Part shown: one piece after another, positions 32,981 to 43,251 of the stretch
Layout of the letters: every line of letters starts with the position of its first letter
Position numbering within the stretch: position 1 is the stretch's first letter
Origin: Marinifilum caeruleilacunae
GTDB lineage: Bacteria; Bacteroidota; Bacteroidia; Bacteroidales; Marinifilaceae
DNA length: 64,000 nt
Direction of reading: 5' to 3'
Assembly: GCF_013141825.1 (NCBI RefSeq)
Contig: NZ_RZNH01000009.1
Coordinates: 76,117-140,116, forward strand
The notes under the pieces: generated by a model
Database searches by the model: none
What the model was told of the DNA's origin: nothing
What the model saw: only the letters and a program-made list of their open reading frames with translations
Program-made: the position numbers and the translations under genes

Positions 32981-34168
32981 ATGAACAAAAACATGTTTGC
33001 AGAACGAAAAAGAATGATTTGCGAAATGCATGAGGAATTGTTGGGAATGAAGAATGAAAAGCAGTTCAGTACCAATGGAATATACAATAGATACCAAAAC
33101 CCAATATTAACAAGAGATCATGTGCCATTAAACTGGCGCTTTGATTTTAACCCTGAAAGCAATCCATACTTTATGGAGCGTATCGGTTTTAATGCAACAT
33201 TTAATGCAGGAGCCATTAAGTTGAACGGTAAATACTTACTTGCAGTGCGTGTTGAGGGTAACGATAGAAAATCATTTTTTGCGATTGCCGAAAGCCCTAA
33301 TGGGATCGATAATTTCAGATTTTGGGATCAACCAATACGTATCCCTCAATGTGAAGAGGAAGATACCAATGTTTATGACATGAGACTGACCCAGCACGAC
33401 GATGGATGGATTTATGGCATATTCTGCTCAGAGAGAAAAGATCCTAATGCTCCTGATGGAGATACATCAAGTGCTGTTGCAGCTGCTGGAATCGTTAGAA
33501 CCAAAGATTTGAAAAACTGGGAGCGTTTACCAGACCTAATATCTACAACAGGACAACAAAGAAATGTGGTTTTGTTTCCTCATTTTATTGAAGGTAAATA
33601 TGCTTTGTTCACCAGACCACAGGATGGATTTATCGATACCGGAAAAGGTGGAGGAATTGGTTTTGGTTTGGCCGAAAGTATGGAAAGTGCAGAAGTAAAG
33701 GAGGAATTGATTGTTGATGCAAAAACCTATCACACAATTTACGAAGTGAAAAATGGATTGGGGCCAGCTCCGATAAGAACAGACAAAGGATGGTTACATC
33801 TGGCTCATGGTGTTAGAAATACGGCGGCTGGATTACGTTACACCTTATACATGTTTATTACCGATTTGGAAAAGCCATGGATTATTACTCATAAACCTCA
33901 TGGTCACTTTATTGCTCCATTAAAAGAGGAAAGGGTTGGAGATGTATCAAATGTAGTTTTTTCAAATGGATGGATCACGGACGAAAATGGTACGGTTTAT
34001 ATCTATTACGCTTCATCGGATACAAGAATGCATGTGGCAAGTTCTACCATTGACCAATTATTGGATTATTGTATCAATAGTCCACAAGACAAGCTAAGAT
34101 CTCACCATTCAGTAGATACAATCAATGAACTGATCCAGAAAAACCAGGAAAACCTGGTAAAATTATAG
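32981..34168 (+). CDS. GH130 beta-1,4-mannosylglucose / mannooligosaccharide phosphorylase
   Basis: 395 aa with no signal peptide. The N-terminal region ([47 protein letters not shown]) is typical of GH130. Adjacent to the 2-epimerase and the symporter. Confidence 0.85.
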   Translation: MNKNMFAERKRMICEMHEELLGMKNEKQFSTNGIYNRYQNPILTRDHVPLNWRFDFNPESNPYFMERIGFNATFNAGAIKLNGKYLLAVRVEGNDRKSFFAIAESPNGIDNFRFWDQPIRIPQCEEEDTNVYDMRLTQHDDGWIYGIFCSERKDPNAPDGDTSSAVAAAGIVRTKDLKNWERLPDLISTTGQQRNVVLFPHFIEGKYALFTRPQDGFIDTGKGGGIGFGLAESMESAEVKEELIVDAKTYHTIYEVKNGLGPAPIRTDKGWLHLAHGVRNTAAGLRYTLYMFITDLEKPWIITHKPHGHFIAPLKEERVGDVSNVVFSNGWITDENGTVYIYYASSDTRMHVASSTIDQLLDYCINSPQDKLRSHHSVDTINELIQKNQENLVKL

Positions 34169-34177
34169 TCCTAATCA

Positions 34178-35407
34178 ATGAAAATACATCATAATAAAAC
34201 AACTAAAGTTCAGCTAGAACCTGGTCTGGATGACTTGTGTGCTGAAATGTCTGAAGAACTTAGGAGGCTCTTACACTTCTGGAGTACAGAAGCAGTAGAT
34301 ACGGAGTTTGGAGGATACATCAGCCGAATCGATCATTACGGGAACAAGGATGTAAAAGCAAATAAGGGTGCAGTGCTTAATTCAAGAATACTTTGGACCT
34401 TCTCGGCAGCTTACAGACTTACAGGAGAACAAAAATACCTTGAAAGTGCTAACCGAGCCTATTTTTACTTAATCAATCATTTTTGGGATAAAGAGTTTGG
34501 TGGTTTAATTTGGTCAATTGATTATAAAGGCAATGCACTAAATACCAGAAAGCAGGCATATGCGCAAGGATTTGGCATTTACGCACTTTCCGAATATTAC
34601 AGAATTACAGAAAATGAGGAGTGTTTGGACTACGCTAAAAGCTTGTATTTTATATTGGAGGAAAAGTTCCAGGATAAGGAATACATGGGTTATATCGAAG
34701 CTTTGACACAAAATTGGTCAAAGCAAGAAGATATGCGTCTTAGCGATAAGGATGCCAATAGTCCCAAATCGATGAACACCCATTTGCATATTTTGGAACC
34801 CTATACCAACCTATACCGTGTTTGGAAAGATGATAGACTTCAAAATAGTATGTTGTCCCTGCTAGATCTGTTTGTAAATAAAATTACAGATTCCAATACA
34901 GGACACTTCAATCTCTTCTTTGATATGGATTGGTCAGTACATTCATCATCTATTTCATATGGACATGATATAGAAGGTGCTTGGCTAATGAATGAAGCAG
35001 CAGAAGAAATCGGAGATTCAAATTTAATGGCCTCTATTCAAAAGGTTACCAAAAGATTGGTGGATATCACAATTAATGAAGGAATGGATAAAGATGCTTC
35101 GCTTTTTAATGAACGTGAAGATGAAAAACTAGATACAGATAAACACTGGTGGCCACAGGCAGAAGCTATGGTGGGCCTTGTGGATGCCTGGGAGTGGAAC
35201 GATAAAGCCGAATATCTAGGAAAAATGAGCCAGGTTTGGACATTTATCAAAGCACATTTGGTAGATAAAGTAAATGGTGAATGGTACTGGAGGGTCAACC
35301 AGAACGGTGAACCAATTGAATCTGAAGATAAAGTTGGATTCTGGAAATGCTCCTACCACAATTGCAGGGCCTTAATGGAAGTGATTACACGATTGCGTTA
35401 TAGTTAG
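34178..35407 (+). CDS. N-acylglucosamine 2-epimerase (AGE) family; cellobiose/mannobiose 2-epimerase
   Basis: 409 aa. (alpha/alpha)6-barrel-like sequence with conserved His/Glu/Trp positions (HLHILEPYTNLY, HDIEGAWL, WWPQAEAMVG). Confidence 0.8.
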   Translation: MKIHHNKTTKVQLEPGLDDLCAEMSEELRRLLHFWSTEAVDTEFGGYISRIDHYGNKDVKANKGAVLNSRILWTFSAAYRLTGEQKYLESANRAYFYLINHFWDKEFGGLIWSIDYKGNALNTRKQAYAQGFGIYALSEYYRITENEECLDYAKSLYFILEEKFQDKEYMGYIEALTQNWSKQEDMRLSDKDANSPKSMNTHLHILEPYTNLYRVWKDDRLQNSMLSLLDLFVNKITDSNTGHFNLFFDMDWSVHSSSISYGHDIEGAWLMNEAAEEIGDSNLMASIQKVTKRLVDITINEGMDKDASLFNEREDEKLDTDKHWWPQAEAMVGLVDAWEWNDKAEYLGKMSQVWTFIKAHLVDKVNGEWYWRVNQNGEPIESEDKVGFWKCSYHNCRALMEVITRLRYS

Positions 35408-35478
35408 ATGAGTTAGTTGATGAATGGGAAATGCTTGTCGTTTTCCATTCATTCTAAAATGCCTTAAATAAAAGAAAG

Positions 35479-36864
35479 ATGAATCAGGCAATTCAATTGA
35501 AAGAAAAAATAGGATATGGATTTGGGGATTTTGCCTCTTCTATGTTTTGGAAAATTTTCTCCATGTTCCTTATGATATATTATACAGATGTTGTGGAGTT
35601 GTCTCCTGCGTCTGTTGGAACAATGTTGTTACTGACCCGTTTGTGGGATGGATTAAACGATCCTCTTATGGGAATCATTTCCGATCGTACCAACACTTCA
35701 AAAGGCAAGTTCAGACCTTATCTCTTGTGGGTTGCAGTTCCATTCGGAATTATTGGCGTACTAACATTTTCCACTCCATCTTTAGGGCCATCGGGTAAAT
35801 TAATTTATGCTTATATCACCTATACCCTTATGATGATGGTTTACACTGCCATTAATGTACCTTATTCATCTTTAATGGGAGTAATGACCGATGATCCTAA
35901 TGAACGTACTTCTTTGGCTTCTTTTAGATTTATCGGAGCATATTCAGGTGGTATATTCATGACGGCTAGCATTCCTTATTTGTTGGATTTTTTCAATGAA
36001 ATGGGTTCTTCAGAAGCAAGTAGTTATCAATATACTGTAAGTGTATATGCTATAGTCGCAGCTTTCTTTTTTGTGATGACTTACCTATGGACAAGAGAAA
36101 GAGTAAAGCCATTAAACGATAAAACATCCATCTGGAAAGATATAAAAGATCTGGGGAATAATGCTCAGTGGTTTATTATGCTGGGGGCAGGTATCGCTGT
36201 TTTAATATTCAACTCATTGCGCGATGGTAGTATCATGTATTACTTTAAGTATTTTGTAAAGGATCAAAGTATTCCAATGATTGGCGAGGTAAAGTGGGAT
36301 AAACTTGCTGGTGCTTACATGACCATTTGGTTGGCTACAAATATGATTGGAGTATTGTTGGCAAAGCCTGTTTCGTCCAGAATAGGAAAGAAGAAAACAT
36401 TTATACTGGCTATGCTTTTAGCTTCTGTTTTTAGTATCGGATTGTATTGGCTGAATGCTGATCAGATTGGACTCATTTTTCTATTGAATATATTTATTGG
36501 AATTACGGCCGGAATTGTATTGCCACTAATATGGTCCATGTATGCTGACATTGCAGATTACTCTGAATGGAAGACAGGAAGACGTGCAACGGGATTGGTT
36601 TTTTCATCTTCATCCATGTCACAGAAAATGGGTTGGACCCTTGGTGGTGCAATCACAGGATGGTTGCTTGCAGCTTACGGTTTTGAGGCAAATGCAGAAC
36701 AAAGTAGTGAGTCGATTAAAGGAATTAAAATGATCATTAGTATCTATCCTGCTGTTGGTGCAGCGGTTTCTGCATTATTTATACTGCTTTATAAACTGAG
36801 CGATAAGTATATGTTGAAAATACTGGATGAACTAAAAAAACAACGTCTAAAATCAAAAGCATAA
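35479..36864 (+). CDS. MFS glycoside-pentoside-hexuronide (GPH):cation symporter
   Basis: 461 aa with 12 predicted TM helices. GPH-family N-terminal motifs GYGFGDFASSMFWKIFSMFLMIYYTDV and LWDGLNDPLMG. Confidence 0.8.
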   Translation: MNQAIQLKEKIGYGFGDFASSMFWKIFSMFLMIYYTDVVELSPASVGTMLLLTRLWDGLNDPLMGIISDRTNTSKGKFRPYLLWVAVPFGIIGVLTFSTPSLGPSGKLIYAYITYTLMMMVYTAINVPYSSLMGVMTDDPNERTSLASFRFIGAYSGGIFMTASIPYLLDFFNEMGSSEASSYQYTVSVYAIVAAFFFVMTYLWTRERVKPLNDKTSIWKDIKDLGNNAQWFIMLGAGIAVLIFNSLRDGSIMYYFKYFVKDQSIPMIGEVKWDKLAGAYMTIWLATNMIGVLLAKPVSSRIGKKKTFILAMLLASVFSIGLYWLNADQIGLIFLLNIFIGITAGIVLPLIWSMYADIADYSEWKTGRRATGLVFSSSSMSQKMGWTLGGAITGWLLAAYGFEANAEQSSESIKGIKMIISIYPAVGAAVSALFILLYKLSDKYMLKILDELKKQRLKSKA

Positions 36865-36877
36865 AGATTACTATCTC

Positions 36878-38845
36878 ATGAAAAATACAAGGTATACCAA
36901 CGTTATTTTGATCTGCTTATTGTCCTTACTGAATACCATTTCAATGGCACAGGAAATCGATATGTCACCTTTGTTTGGAGAGGGAATGGTTCTTCAAAGG
37001 GACAAACAGATTCCGGTATTTGGGAAAGCATCACCCAACACGAAAATTATTGTAACATTTCGAGACCAAACAGAAAGTACAATTTCAGGTGCAGATGGAA
37101 AATGGATGTTAAAATTAAAACCTGAAGTTTACGGGGGACCGGATAAGATGATCATACAGGCTGAAAATGAAGAACTCGTAATTCAACAGGTTTATGTGGG
37201 TGAGGTATGGATTTGCTCTGGGCAATCGAATATGGAAATGCCAATGTTGAGCAATTGGGCCCACGTGAATAATGCCGAGCAGGAAGTACTTGCAGCGATT
37301 TGTCCTAATATTCATTTGTTTAAGGTGGAAAGAATGGCAAGCTTTCAACCAATAAAAGACATTAAAAGCAATGGTTGGGCAGTATGCTCATCGGAATCAG
37401 TAGCCGATTTTTCAGCTGTGGCTTATTTTTTTGGAAGAGATCTGGAACATTCCTTGCAAATGCCAATTGGTCTTATTCAAACTGCTTGGGGTGGTACTGT
37501 TGCAGAAGCATGGACAAGTTCGAATGGCCTAAAAAAAATAAATGATTTTAATGAACAATTGCAAGCTATTGAAACAATTGGTCAAAGTAAAATAGATTTA
37601 GAAAAGAAATATTTCGAGGATCTAAAGTCATTTTTTTTGGAATCAGCAAAATTGGATGTTGGAATACAGGGAGTAGATACAATTTTTACTTCTACAGAAT
37701 TGAATGATTCTGATTGGGTAAAAATGGATTTGCCTGGAATGGTGGAAAGTACACCAATTGGACCGGTTGATGGAGCCGTATGGTTTCGAAAAACGATACA
37801 GCTTTCAAAAGAAGATATTAGAGATAGTATGTTTTTGCACATTGCAGCTCCTGATGATGAAGATGAAACCTGGTTTAATGCGTACAAAGTAGGAGAAAGT
37901 AAAGTGTGGGATGAGCCAAGAAAATATTCCTTACCCGATAAAATCATTAAAGAGGGTAAAAATGTAATTACAATAAGACTGACAGACCTTCGTGGAGCTG
38001 GTGGTTTTATGGGAGAAGCATCACATTTTGCGCTAACAGGAGAAAATGGCTTTAGAATGGATTTGGCTCAAAATTGGAAGTGTAAATTGGGTTATGATCT
38101 ACAGTCAGTAAAAACAATTCCTGTGAAGCCAAATGAACCCAATCAGCCTAGTGTTTTGTATAATGGAATGATACATCCATTAATACCTTATGCCTTTAGA
38201 GGGGTGATCTGGTACCAGGGAGAGAGTAATGTTGGAAGGGCGGATCAATACAAAGAACTATTTCCCGCTTTGATCACTGATTGGAGAAAACAATGGGGAG
38301 GCGATGACTTTGAATTTCTTTTTGTTCAGTTAGCTTCTTATCTGAAAAGAAACCTTCACCCTGTCGAAGATTCCTGGTCGGAGTTAAGAGAAGCACAAAG
38401 GGAAACACAAAAGTTAGCGAATACAGGAATGGCAGTTGCCATCGATCTTGGAGATGCAAATGATATTCACCCTGGCAATAAACAAGATGTTGGTAAAAGA
38501 CTTGCACTTTGGGCACGTAACAAGGTATACAAGGAAAATATTCCTTTTTGTGGTCCTACACTAAAATCTGTTAGTAGGAAAAATAGTAAGCTGATTATAG
38601 AATTTGAGAATTGTTACAAGGAGTTAAAAACATCTGATAATGGTAAAGTAAGAGGCTTTGCGGTAGCTGGAAAAGATGGTGTTTTCCATTGGGCAGAGGC
38701 AAAAATCAACGAAAATAAGGTGATTTTAAATTCCAAAATGGTTGCTGAACCTATAGCGGTGCGTTATGCCTGGAGTTCGAATCCCGATTGTAACCTAATA
38801 AACTCAGCAAACCTTCCTGCAAGCCCATTTGAAGCAAAAATATAA
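36878..38845 (+). CDS. Sialate-O-acetylesterase-like carbohydrate esterase (SGNH fold; probable acetyl-mannan esterase)
   Basis: Signal peptide. The N-terminal beta-sandwich and GEVWICSGQSNMEMPM catalytic block are typical of the sialate 9-O-acetylesterase family. Confidence 0.8.
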   Translation: MKNTRYTNVILICLLSLLNTISMAQEIDMSPLFGEGMVLQRDKQIPVFGKASPNTKIIVTFRDQTESTISGADGKWMLKLKPEVYGGPDKMIIQAENEELVIQQVYVGEVWICSGQSNMEMPMLSNWAHVNNAEQEVLAAICPNIHLFKVERMASFQPIKDIKSNGWAVCSSESVADFSAVAYFFGRDLEHSLQMPIGLIQTAWGGTVAEAWTSSNGLKKINDFNEQLQAIETIGQSKIDLEKKYFEDLKSFFLESAKLDVGIQGVDTIFTSTELNDSDWVKMDLPGMVESTPIGPVDGAVWFRKTIQLSKEDIRDSMFLHIAAPDDEDETWFNAYKVGESKVWDEPRKYSLPDKIIKEGKNVITIRLTDLRGAGGFMGEASHFALTGENGFRMDLAQNWKCKLGYDLQSVKTIPVKPNEPNQPSVLYNGMIHPLIPYAFRGVIWYQGESNVGRADQYKELFPALITDWRKQWGGDDFEFLFVQLASYLKRNLHPVEDSWSELREAQRETQKLANTGMAVAIDLGDANDIHPGNKQDVGKRLALWARNKVYKENIPFCGPTLKSVSRKNSKLIIEFENCYKELKTSDNGKVRGFAVAGKDGVFHWAEAKINENKVILNSKMVAEPIAVRYAWSSNPDCNLINSANLPASPFEAKI

Positions 38846-38848
38846 GTC

Positions 38849-40621
38849 ATGAAAAAGAGATTCACCTATACAATCCTATTGATATTTTTAGTTGGTATTT
38901 TTTCTTGCAATCGCATTAATAATACTGTAGAAAAAACTCCAAATATTCTTCTGATTGTGACAGATGATCAGGCTTATGGCGATTTATCACACACCGGAAA
39001 TTCATTGCTGGAAACACCAACACTTGATCAGCTGGCTCAATCAGGAGTGTTTGCCAACCATTTTTATGTAAGTCCGGTTTGTGCACCAACACGTGCAAGT
39101 TTATTAACAGGAAGATACCATCAAAAAACCGGGGTAAGTGGAGTTACCCGTGGAAGGGAAGATATGCAACTTGATGAAGAAACAATGGCTGACATCTTTA
39201 AATCTTTTGGATACAGAACCGGAATATTTGGTAAATGGCACAATGGTGCACATTATCCTTATCATCCTTTAGGAAGGGGATTCGATGAGTTTGTTGGGTT
39301 TACATCAGGGCATTGGAGCAATTATTTCAATACAAAAATTGAAAAGAATGGTGCTGACTTTCAGACCGAGGGCTATTTGACTGATGTTTTAACCAATGAA
39401 GCCATTAAGTTCATAGAAGATTGCTCTTCTGTAGAGAAGGCATTCTTCTGTTACCTTCCTTATCAAACGCCACATACGCCTTTACAAGTGCCGGATCGTT
39501 ACTTCAATAAATACAAGCAAAAAGGAGTAGATGACTTTAATGCCTGCATATACGGAATGTGCGAAAATATAGATGACAATGTACAACGCCTTCTTGAAAA
39601 ATTGGACCAGCTGGAAGAAAAGGAAAATACTATTGTGATCTTTTTATCAGATAATGGACCTTTAAACAATAGGTTTAACAATGGACTAAAGGGAAGAAAA
39701 GGAATGCTCGATGAAGGAGGTGTACGTGTGCCTTTCATTTTGAATTGGCCTAAAATTAATGATCACGGAAAGGAGATAGAAGCTTCTTTGGCACATATTG
39801 ATTTGTTACCAACAATTCTGGAGCTCATAGGGAAAGATTATGAGTTTAAAAATAAAATTGATGGTGAAAGTTTTGCCAAACTGATCACAAGCAATTCCGA
39901 GATGAAAAAAAGAAAGATCTTTGGTGAATGGTCAGGAAAATCAAGAGTACTTTCAGATCCTTACCTCATGGTAGGTGAAGCTCTATACGATATTCGTAAA
40001 GATCCAAATCAGGAAGTTAATATTAGGGAGCAAAATCGGGAAATATATCAGCAATTGAAGGACGATTATCAGAGGTGGTATGGGGAACTTCAGTTAAATC
40101 AGATAGAAAATAAAGCCATTCCTATTGGTTACAAGGAGTATCCAAAAAGTGTATTGCCTGCTCATGAAGCCAACCTGTATCCTCCTTATGAGTTCCGAAA
40201 GGATCGCAGACATACAGGAATTGCATATCATAGTTTATATGGCTGGGCACATGACTGGATTGACTTTTGGACAAGTGAAGATGCTTATCCACAATGGAAG
40301 GTTGAAGTAGTAACAAAAGCACAATATGCTATCGAATTACAATATGCTTTGGAACCGGAAAATGTTGGAGTAGAAATCTCCATTCAAATTGGTGACCAAA
40401 TCATAAATAAAAAGATTAATCAGGCATATATACACAAACAATATCCGAATTACGACAGGGTAGAACGATCGCAGGAAGCGCCTGAAACCAATTGGGGAAC
40501 TTTACAACTAGGCACACTTGAATTACAACAGGGAATAAAGGTTGTAAAAGTTCGATCTATAAAAATACCGGGAAATAAATCAATAGAGTTGAAATCTCTA
40601 AAACTAATCAGACAACTATAA
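38849..40621 (+). CDS. Formylglycine-dependent sulfatase (arylsulfatase family)
   Basis: Lipoprotein-like N-terminus. NILLIVTDDQ followed by the sulfatase signature C-A-P-T-R-ASLLTGRY (CxPxR FGly site), and GKWH further downstream. Confidence 0.85.
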   Translation: MKKRFTYTILLIFLVGIFSCNRINNTVEKTPNILLIVTDDQAYGDLSHTGNSLLETPTLDQLAQSGVFANHFYVSPVCAPTRASLLTGRYHQKTGVSGVTRGREDMQLDEETMADIFKSFGYRTGIFGKWHNGAHYPYHPLGRGFDEFVGFTSGHWSNYFNTKIEKNGADFQTEGYLTDVLTNEAIKFIEDCSSVEKAFFCYLPYQTPHTPLQVPDRYFNKYKQKGVDDFNACIYGMCENIDDNVQRLLEKLDQLEEKENTIVIFLSDNGPLNNRFNNGLKGRKGMLDEGGVRVPFILNWPKINDHGKEIEASLAHIDLLPTILELIGKDYEFKNKIDGESFAKLITSNSEMKKRKIFGEWSGKSRVLSDPYLMVGEALYDIRKDPNQEVNIREQNREIYQQLKDDYQRWYGELQLNQIENKAIPIGYKEYPKSVLPAHEANLYPPYEFRKDRRHTGIAYHSLYGWAHDWIDFWTSEDAYPQWKVEVVTKAQYAIELQYALEPENVGVEISIQIGDQIINKKINQAYIHKQYPNYDRVERSQEAPETNWGTLQLGTLELQQGIKVVKVRSIKIPGNKSIELKSLKLIRQL

Positions 40622-40647
40622 ATAAAAGGCAAGCTGAAACTAAACCT

Positions 40648-43245
40648 ATGAAAAAACATCAAACTAAATTATTGGCATTTGCAGTCTTATGTGGGATTGT
40701 AAGTGCTTGTCAACCAAAAGAAGCGAAGAATATGATTCAGAGAGAGCTGAACTCAGGTTGGACTTATCGCCAGGCCAATGGTGATATTTCCGGAGAGGCT
40801 ACAGTGCCGGGAACCATACACACCGATTTATTGGCAAACAAACAAATCGAAGATCCATTCTATCGTGTGAACGAGAAAGATCAACAATGGATTGATAAAG
40901 AGGATTGGATCTACTCAAAGCAAATTCATATATCCAAAGAGGAGTTTGAGAAAGAGAACCTAATTTTGGATTTTAAGGGGCTTGATACCTATGTCGACGT
41001 GTATTTTAATGATAAATTGATTATACAGGCCGACAATATGTTTCGGGAGTGGGAAAGCAATATTAAATCATTGGCAAAAGAAGGAGAGAATCATTTAAAA
41101 ATCTATTTTCATTCACCCATTAAAAAGGGATTGGAGCTGCTTAAAGCATCTGAATATGCTTACCCAGCTATTAATGATCAGTCGGAAAATGGTGGAATTG
41201 GAGATCAAAAGGTTTCTGTGTTTACTCGTAAGGCTGGTTATCATTATGGATGGGACTGGGGCCCACGCTTTGTTACCAGTGGTATTTGGCGACCAATTGA
41301 GCTAAAGGCATGGGATCAGATCCGAATCAAAGATGTTTTTATCAGGCAGAATAAGGTGAGTAAGGAGAAGGCAGAGCTAGTTGCTGAATTCCAGTTAGAA
41401 GCCAATATTGATTTTTCTGCTAAGATTATACTTAAAGATAAAAAGTCAGGCAGGAGTTTAATAATTAAAAAAACGGAGCTCGAAGCCGGACAGAATAAAA
41501 TTCTGGTACCTTTCCATATCGATAAACCGCAATTGTGGTGGTCGTCTGGTTTGGGTGAGCCTTATATGTATGATTTTGAAATATCAGTGGTGAAAGATAA
41601 TTTAATCATTGCTAAATCAGAAATGTCTACTGGACTGAGAAGTATTAAACTGGTTCGTGAAAAGGATGATGCAGGAGAATCTTTTGTTTTTGAACTGAAT
41701 GGTGTGAAGCTTTTTGCCAAGGGAGCTAATTATATTCCAAATGACAATTTCTTGCCACGTGTAAGTAAAAAAGACTACGATAAGGTAATTGCTGACGCCA
41801 AAGATGCAAATATGAACATGCTGCGTGTGTGGGGAGGTGGAATCTATGAAAATGATTACTTCTACGAACTTTGTGACAGGAATGGATTACTTGTATGGCA
41901 GGATTTCATGTTTGCCTGCAGTATGTATCCTGGAGATGAGAAAATGCTACAGTCGATTGCTGAAGAGGCAAAGGATAATGTAATTCGTCTTCGAAATCAT
42001 CCATCTATTGCAGTATGGTGCGGAAATAACGAAATCAATGCTGCCTGGAGCCATTATTCTGATGGTGGATGGGGTTGGAAAGAGACTTATTCGGAAGAGC
42101 ATAGAGAAGAAATTCAGAAAGCTTACCTGGATATATTTCACAAAGTCCTACCCGATGTGGTTTCTGAATATACAGATGGTGATGATTACTGGCCATCTTC
42201 TCCACAGGCTGGTTTTGAACCAGAGAAACATGCTGGATACGAAAATACAGCAGGAGATATGCATTATTGGGGTGTATGGCATGGCAAACATCCATTCGAG
42301 GATTTTGACAAGTATAAGGCTCGATTCATGAGTGAATATGGTTTTCAGTCCTTTCCTGATTTTGAGACCGTGAAGAAATATGCCTTGCCTGAAGATTACG
42401 ACATTGAATCTGAAGTAATGGCTGCTCATCAGCGCAGTGGCATTGGAAACCTTCGCATTAAGGAATATATGGGATGGGATTACAAAGTACCTGCCGATTT
42501 TGAACAATTCTTGTACATGAGTCATGTATTACAGGCCAGGGGGATTAAAATGGCCATTGAAGCTCACCGTAGAGCGATGCCTTACTGCATGGGAACTTTG
42601 TACTGGCAAATAAACGATTGTTGGCCTGTGGCAAGCTGGAGTAGCACCGACTATTACCACAAATGGAAAGCCATGCATTACATGGTTCGAAAAGCTTATG
42701 AGCCCGTTTTGATAAGTGCCTTTAATAAAGAGGGAGTTTTAACATTTTATGGCGTTTCTGATTTGTTGGAAGATCAGAATGTTAGTCTAGAACTGACATT
42801 AATGGACTTTAAGGGAGAAAAACTCATGGAAAAGAAAATGGATGTTGTCTTGAATAAGAATACCAGCAATGTCCTATATCAGTCTGGAATAAATGAGATT
42901 TTACAGAGAGCGAATGAGAAGGAAATAATGTTGCTTATGGAGCTCAAACAGGACGCAAATATACTTGCTAATAACATCTATTATTTTGCAAAACCAAAAG
43001 ATCAGATTCTGCAGGAGCCAAAAATTGATATTCAATTTGAAATGATAGAGGGGAAGAGCTATGTGAAAGTATCGACCGATAAATTGGTTCGCGACCTCTA
43101 TCTTAAATTTGTTGATTCAGACATCCAGTTTTCCGATAATTATTTCGATTTGATACCAGGAAATAGCAAAATGATTGAACTAAACGGAAATGACAAGTTG
43201 GATGAAAGTAAGCTTGAAATCATGCATTTACAACAAGTACAATAA
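40648..43245 (+). CDS. GH2 beta-mannosidase
   Basis: 865 aa with a lipoprotein signal (VSACQPKE). GH2 domain order (sugar-binding, Ig-like, TIM barrel with the WQDFMFAC...NE... catalytic region). Size and layout match Bacteroides beta-mannosidases. Confidence 0.8.
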   Translation: MKKHQTKLLAFAVLCGIVSACQPKEAKNMIQRELNSGWTYRQANGDISGEATVPGTIHTDLLANKQIEDPFYRVNEKDQQWIDKEDWIYSKQIHISKEEFEKENLILDFKGLDTYVDVYFNDKLIIQADNMFREWESNIKSLAKEGENHLKIYFHSPIKKGLELLKASEYAYPAINDQSENGGIGDQKVSVFTRKAGYHYGWDWGPRFVTSGIWRPIELKAWDQIRIKDVFIRQNKVSKEKAELVAEFQLEANIDFSAKIILKDKKSGRSLIIKKTELEAGQNKILVPFHIDKPQLWWSSGLGEPYMYDFEISVVKDNLIIAKSEMSTGLRSIKLVREKDDAGESFVFELNGVKLFAKGANYIPNDNFLPRVSKKDYDKVIADAKDANMNMLRVWGGGIYENDYFYELCDRNGLLVWQDFMFACSMYPGDEKMLQSIAEEAKDNVIRLRNHPSIAVWCGNNEINAAWSHYSDGGWGWKETYSEEHREEIQKAYLDIFHKVLPDVVSEYTDGDDYWPSSPQAGFEPEKHAGYENTAGDMHYWGVWHGKHPFEDFDKYKARFMSEYGFQSFPDFETVKKYALPEDYDIESEVMAAHQRSGIGNLRIKEYMGWDYKVPADFEQFLYMSHVLQARGIKMAIEAHRRAMPYCMGTLYWQINDCWPVASWSSTDYYHKWKAMHYMVRKAYEPVLISAFNKEGVLTFYGVSDLLEDQNVSLELTLMDFKGEKLMEKKMDVVLNKNTSNVLYQSGINEILQRANEKEIMLLMELKQDANILANNIYYFAKPKDQILQEPKIDIQFEMIEGKSYVKVSTDKLVRDLYLKFVDSDIQFSDNYFDLIPGNSKMIELNGNDKLDESKLEIMHLQQVQ

Positions 43246-43251
43246 AGTAAT

